DNA of 44,561 nucleotides. Origin: Callorhinchus milii. Lineage: Eukaryota. Position numbers and translations under genes: made by a program. Shown here one piece after another: positions 26,006 to 44,561 of this stretch. Every line of letters begins with the position of its first letter. Position 1 is the stretch's first letter. The stretch spans positions 1 through 44,561 of the forward strand of contig NW_024705439.1 of assembly GCF_018977255.1 (NCBI RefSeq), read 5' to 3'. The notes beneath the pieces were generated by a model that had not been told where the DNA came from, searched no databases, and saw nothing but the letters and a program-made list of their open reading frames with translations.

Positions 26006-26799
26006 TCGCTCACTGAATTATTGTTTTCACAGATTTGTTCTGAATTTACCCCCTTCAATCTCAGGCCCTGACCTCTGGTTCTACTGTTCAGTACAAGATA
26101 AAACAGCTTATCATAGTCTACATTATTTGTGGGACACTGCTTTGTGCAATTGGCTGCTGCATTTCGTCCACAAATATACAGTCATTTCACTTTACAGTAC
26201 ATTCTGTGAAGCGCTTTGAGACATCTAGAAGACGTGAAAAACTCTATATCAATGCAAGGATTATTATTATGATAGTCTCTTCAAAATCTAAAGAACACAA
26301 TCAACGCCAACCTTCTCTTCTCCAGTTGACCAGTTTATCTAATCACTCCTCATAGTCCAGTCCCTCCATCCCCTCAATCATTCCAGTTGACCTCCTCTGT
26401 ATCCTCTCAATCTCTGCAGTATCCGTCTTATATTGCGGTGACCAGAACTGTATTCCAAGTCTGATACTTTCCGGAATTAGGTAAGCAGGATGCGTCTTTC
26501 CAGGGAGAGAGTGCACATTCCATTCCAACAATCTGGGTCTGGGATTTCCATGTGTAGGTGGGATGTGTGGAATTCTTATTTTAGTTTGGAGAGTCTTAAG
26601 CAGGGTGATGGGTGTCAGACACCTAATCCAGCAAAAAAATCAATATCCCAGTATTTTCACTGTTTTGTTGCTCAGTTGCTTATCCATTTTTCTTTTGAAT
26701 GATTCTATTGATCCAGACTCAATAGCCGCTTGTGGCAGTGAGTAGTAATTATAATCCTTGCATTTGAATCCTTGGAATTCCACACTTTAGCTGGTTTGT

Positions 26800-27158
26800 A
26801 ATAATCCTCGAATTTGCTATAGCGCTTTTTCATGTCTTCTAGAGGTCTCAATGTGCTTCACAGAATATACTGTAAAGTGAATTGAGTATATTTGTGGGTA
26901 AAACGTGACAGCAAATTGCACACAGCAGGGTCCCATAAACAGTTGTGGATTGAGTGACCAAATTATTATTGTTCGTTATGAATTATTATCCCCGGAAAAG
27001 CCATCCGCCAATCGACTAACAACCGGGTTCCTACTTACTGCTGGAAAACAGAGACATGTGGAGTAAGGAAACTTGCCCGACATTTTGCCTTACCCCGGAA
27101 TAGAAACCAGATCTCTCACTTGCAAGGCGAGTGCTCTAACCACTGAGCTACATGACAC
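26800..27158 (-). mobile_element. tRNA-derived SINE, full length
   Basis: Minus-strand TAGCTCAGTGGTTAGAGCACTCGCCTTGCAAG head, core and tail. Confidence 0.85.
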
Positions 27159-27159
27159 G

Positions 27160-30050
27160 TACAACAACAACAAGATTACATTTGTAGAGCGGCTTTCACA
27201 TCGGGAGGACGTCCCAAGGCGCTGGACAGAGTACAGCATTTCAGACCCGAGCTGGGGTCAGGGGGGAGAAGGGAGGGAAAGGGAATGGTTGTGGCCGATG
27301 GCATGGTCGAAGAGGAGGGTCTATGAGGCGGGACTTGAAGGAGGCTGAGGAAAGGGTGAGGCGGAGTGACTGGGGGATGGAATTCCAGAGGTTGGGGGCA
27401 GAGTGGCTGAAGGCTCTCCCGCCAATGGTGGGGCGGGTGGGTCGGGGGATGTGGAGCAGCCGGAGTCGGCTGAGCGGAGGGAGCGGGCGGGTTGGTAGGG
27501 GGTTAGGAGGTCACAGAGGTAGGGTGGGGGGAGGCCGTGGAGGGCTTTGAAGGTGAGGACCAGGATCTTGAACTGGATCCTCTGAAGGATAGGGAGCCAG
27601 TGGAGTCGGGCGAGAGTGGGGGAGATGGGGTCACGGAGTTTGGTTCGGGAGAGGACACGGGCTGCAGAGTTCTGGATTATCTGCAGCTGTGGAGGGAGGC
27701 GTTGGGAAGGCCGACACGCAGGGCGTTTGCATAGTCGAGTCTGGAGGTGATGAAGGCATGAACAAGAGTTTCAGCGCCTGAGGGGTGAGGTAGTGGCGGA
27801 GTCGGGCGATGTTACGGAGGTGAGGGAAGGCAGAGTGGGTCATGGCTTGGATGTGGGGGAGAAAAGACAGTTGAGGGTCGAACAAGACACCTCGGTTCCT
27901 GACTGGCGGTGAGTTGTAGTGTACACCATGGAGGTTGATGTTGCCAGAGCCTGAGGTGCGGAGGCGCTGGGGGGAGACAATCAGGAGGGCCTCAGTCTTG
28001 TTCACATTCAACTGTAGGAAATTTGCCCTCATCCAGGACTTGATATCCGACAGACAGTCTGTCAGGACAGCAGTGGTCCTGGGGCTGAGGGTGGGGCAGA
28101 AAGAGAGAGTTGGGTGTCATCCGCATACATGTGGAAGTTGACCCCATGTCTGCGGATGATGTCCCCGAGGGGGAGCATGTAGATATTAAAGAGGAGACAA
28201 GGACAGAGCCCTGGGGGACGCCAGACGTGACAGTGCGGGGGCTGGAGGAGAAACCGTTAGAGGCAACAAAGTGGAGACGGTGAGAGAGATAGGAATCGAA
28301 CCAGGCGAGGGCAGGTCCGCGAAGGTTGAGTAAAGCGGAGAGGCGGTGTATGAGGATGGAGTGGTCGACAGTGTCGAAGGCGGCAGAGAGGTCGAGGAGG
28401 ACAAGGAGGCAGAGGGATGATCACAGATGTTCAGAATGTCATTAGTGACTGTGACCCCCAGGGCTGTTTCCGTGCTGTGGGCAGCGCAGAAGCCGGATTG
28501 GAGGGTTCAAAGAGGGAATGGTGAGAGAGAAGGGAGCGGAGCTGGGACGCGAGTACTCGTTCCTGGACCTTGGAGAGGAATGGGAGGTTAGAGATGGGGC
28601 GGGAGCTGGAGAGGAGGGATGGGTCCAGGGAAGGATTTTTCAGGATGGGGGTGATGACGGCTGTTTTTAGGGGGTGGGAACTGAACCGGTGAACAAGGAG
28701 AGGTTGATGATGTTGGACAGGAGAGGGCCAGAAGGTGGAGCTGGGAGATGAGAGAGGTGGGGATGGGATTGAGGGAGCAGGTGGTGGGTTTGAGTTTGCG
28801 GACTGTTGTGAGGGAGGAGGGAGAGATAGGGTCAAAGAAGTATAGGGGGGGGAGGTCGGTCATGAGGGAGAGGTGATGTGGGGGTGGCTGTGGACGGGGC
28901 TGAGGTGGCTGAACGTATCCCCTCGATTTTAGATTCGAGGAAGTCCAGCATCTCCTCACAGTTGGAATTTGAGGAGTGGATGGGCGAGGTATGGGAAGGT
29001 GGATGGAGGAGATAGTTTGTGGTGGAAAAGAGAAGCCTGGGATTGTCCTTTGCCTCCAAGATAACCTTGGAGTAGAAGGAGGATTTAGTGGAAGCAAGAG
29101 CGCAGCAGTAGGTCTTGGTATGGTGAAGCCAAATCTGCCGATGGACCATTAGTTTGGCTTTGGTCCAGGCGCGTTCGGCAGCTCGCACTTGTGCCTTGAG
29201 GGAACGGAGATGGCTGGTGTACCGGGGGGTTTTACGGGAGTATGAGGCAGTTCGGGAGGTGAGGGGGGGGGCAAGGGAGTCCAGAATGGAGGAGAGGGAG
29301 TTGTGGAGAAAAGAGACTGAAGAGGGGAGATCGGTCAGTGAGGGCCAGAGGTGTAGGAGTTCAGATGACTCCAGGGCAGTGGAGAGGGAGAGGGAGGAAA
29401 TTTTTTTCCAGTGTCGGTATGTGATGGTGGAGGGATGGGGAAGGGGTACTGAGGTGTTGAGGGAGATGAAGTGGTAGTCCGAGATGATTTTATTAATGAT
29501 GGTGATGTCCAAGACCGTAAGGCCCTGGTGATCACCAGGTCAAGGGGGTGGCCACGGTGATCACCAGGTCAAGGGGGAGTGGATGAGGAGGGAGAGGTTA
29601 AGGGAAGAGAGGAGGGAGGAGAAGTCGGCAGAGGTAGAGCAGAAAGGGGTGAAGTGGAGGTTGAAGCCGCCTAAGATTGGGAGGCGTTCAGAGCAGAGGG
29701 AGAGGGAAGATAGGAGGGTGGAGATGTCCGAGAGGAAGGTGGGGGAAGGCTTGGGGGGACGGTAAACAAGGAGGATTTTGAAGGAAAGCCTGAAGGGGTG
29801 GTGTTCAAAGGAGGGGAAGGTTCCGGAGGAATAAGGGGAAAGGCCGAGGGGGGACTGTGAGATGAGAGCCACACCATCGCCACGGCGATTAGGCCGTGGG
29901 GTTTGGTGAAAGGTGTAACCTGGAGATGTGGTCTTGACTAGTGGGAAGGTGTGGCCTGGGGTGACCCAGGTTTCGGTGAGGGCGAGGATGTCGATATTTT
30001 CCTCAACAGTGTTTTGGAAGGGGACGTTGGGGGTGATTGACAAAGAAGCA
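27160..30050 (-). mobile_element. L2-clade LINE, near-complete decayed ORF2 (APE endonuclease and RT)
   Basis: [65 protein letters not shown], split by frameshifts; (TTG)n tail at about 27161-27172. Confidence 0.92.
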
Positions 30051-30152
30051 GATATCTTTCTGTACTACTATATAGATGGTGTGGGAACCGGAACAAACAA
30101 TTGCATAATTTAAAGTTTGCAGGAAGCTGCAGCAACTCATTTGTTATGCTAC

Positions 30153-30500
30153 GGAGTCCTGTAGCTCAGTGGTTAGAGCACTTACCTCGCAGCGAGAGGA
30201 CCCGCGTTTGATTCCCGGGCAGATCAGGACAAAAAGTTTCCTTACCCCCATTTCCGGGCTAGCGGGTTCCTGGTAGATTATTTTTTGAAAAATACGAGGC
30301 TCTGGCAATGTCCCGCTGACAGTCACACTGTGCAGTTCCTATAGTTTAAAATAATAATAATCCTTGCATTTGATATAACGCCTTATTACGTCGGTGAGAT
30401 GACTCAAAGCGCTTCACAGAATATACTGTAAAGTGCAGTTTTGTGGGCGAAACGCGTCAGCCAGTTGCGCACAGCAGTGTCCCACAAACAGTCGTGGATT
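30153..30500. mobile_element. SINE head (+, about 30153-30275) and SINE 3' half (-, about 30350-30500); mirrored at about 11777-12123
   Basis: GGAGTCCTGTAGCTCAGTGGTTAGAGC on the plus strand; core and ATT tail on the minus strand. Confidence 0.75.
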
Positions 30501-30761
30501 TTTTTCAGCAATAAAAAAGTATTATAGCAATAAAGAAAAGTAATAAAATATCATTTTATATATAAATAAAATAAAATCCTTTCATTTTTGTCACCCACCC
30601 TGTTCATCAACGACATGTTGGATGGCATAGAGGGGGAAAAACTTGGTGTATCTGTTTCTGGCCTCTCTGACAGGATTGTGGCTTCTGTTTATAATAATCC
30701 TTGCATTTGATGACAACTGGGTTCCTACTTACTGCTAGGTAAACAGAGGCTTGTGAAGTAA

Positions 30762-44561
<13,800 letters not shown>

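Noticed and set aside
29524..29577. 16-bp palindrome CCTGGTGATCACCAGG with a 22-bp direct duplication
   Set aside because: It is a local slippage event in the decayed L2 endonuclease region, shared by both arms, with no sign of function.
23220..30050. Intact autonomous retrotransposons
   Set aside because: Both long LINE copies have multiple frameshifts and stops, and no ORF1 is evident.

Overview
Eukaryotic, repeat-dense vertebrate genomic DNA, probably from a cartilaginous fish (inferred from the L2/CR1/tRNA-SINE repertoire). It carries coding exons 2-9 of a STIM1 ortholog (ER Ca2+ sensor) on the + strand at 30880-44561. All splice sites seen are canonical GT-AG and the reading frame is unbroken; exon 1 and the 3' end are not in view. 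The main structure is a near-identical inverted copy of the exon 2-exon 3 segment (6988-12827 vs 29461-35278, plus the adjoining (TG)n-spaced minisatellite), and it ends exactly at a 25-N gap. The most likely explanation is a second haplotype scaffolded in reverse. If it is real, it is a giant intronic palindrome covering the EF-hand exons. The rest is nested L2 and CR1 LINE relics, tRNA-derived SINEs (one with matched filled and empty sites) and at least five minisatellites. Most ORFs in the track are repeat artefacts. I found no convincing novel protein-coding system.
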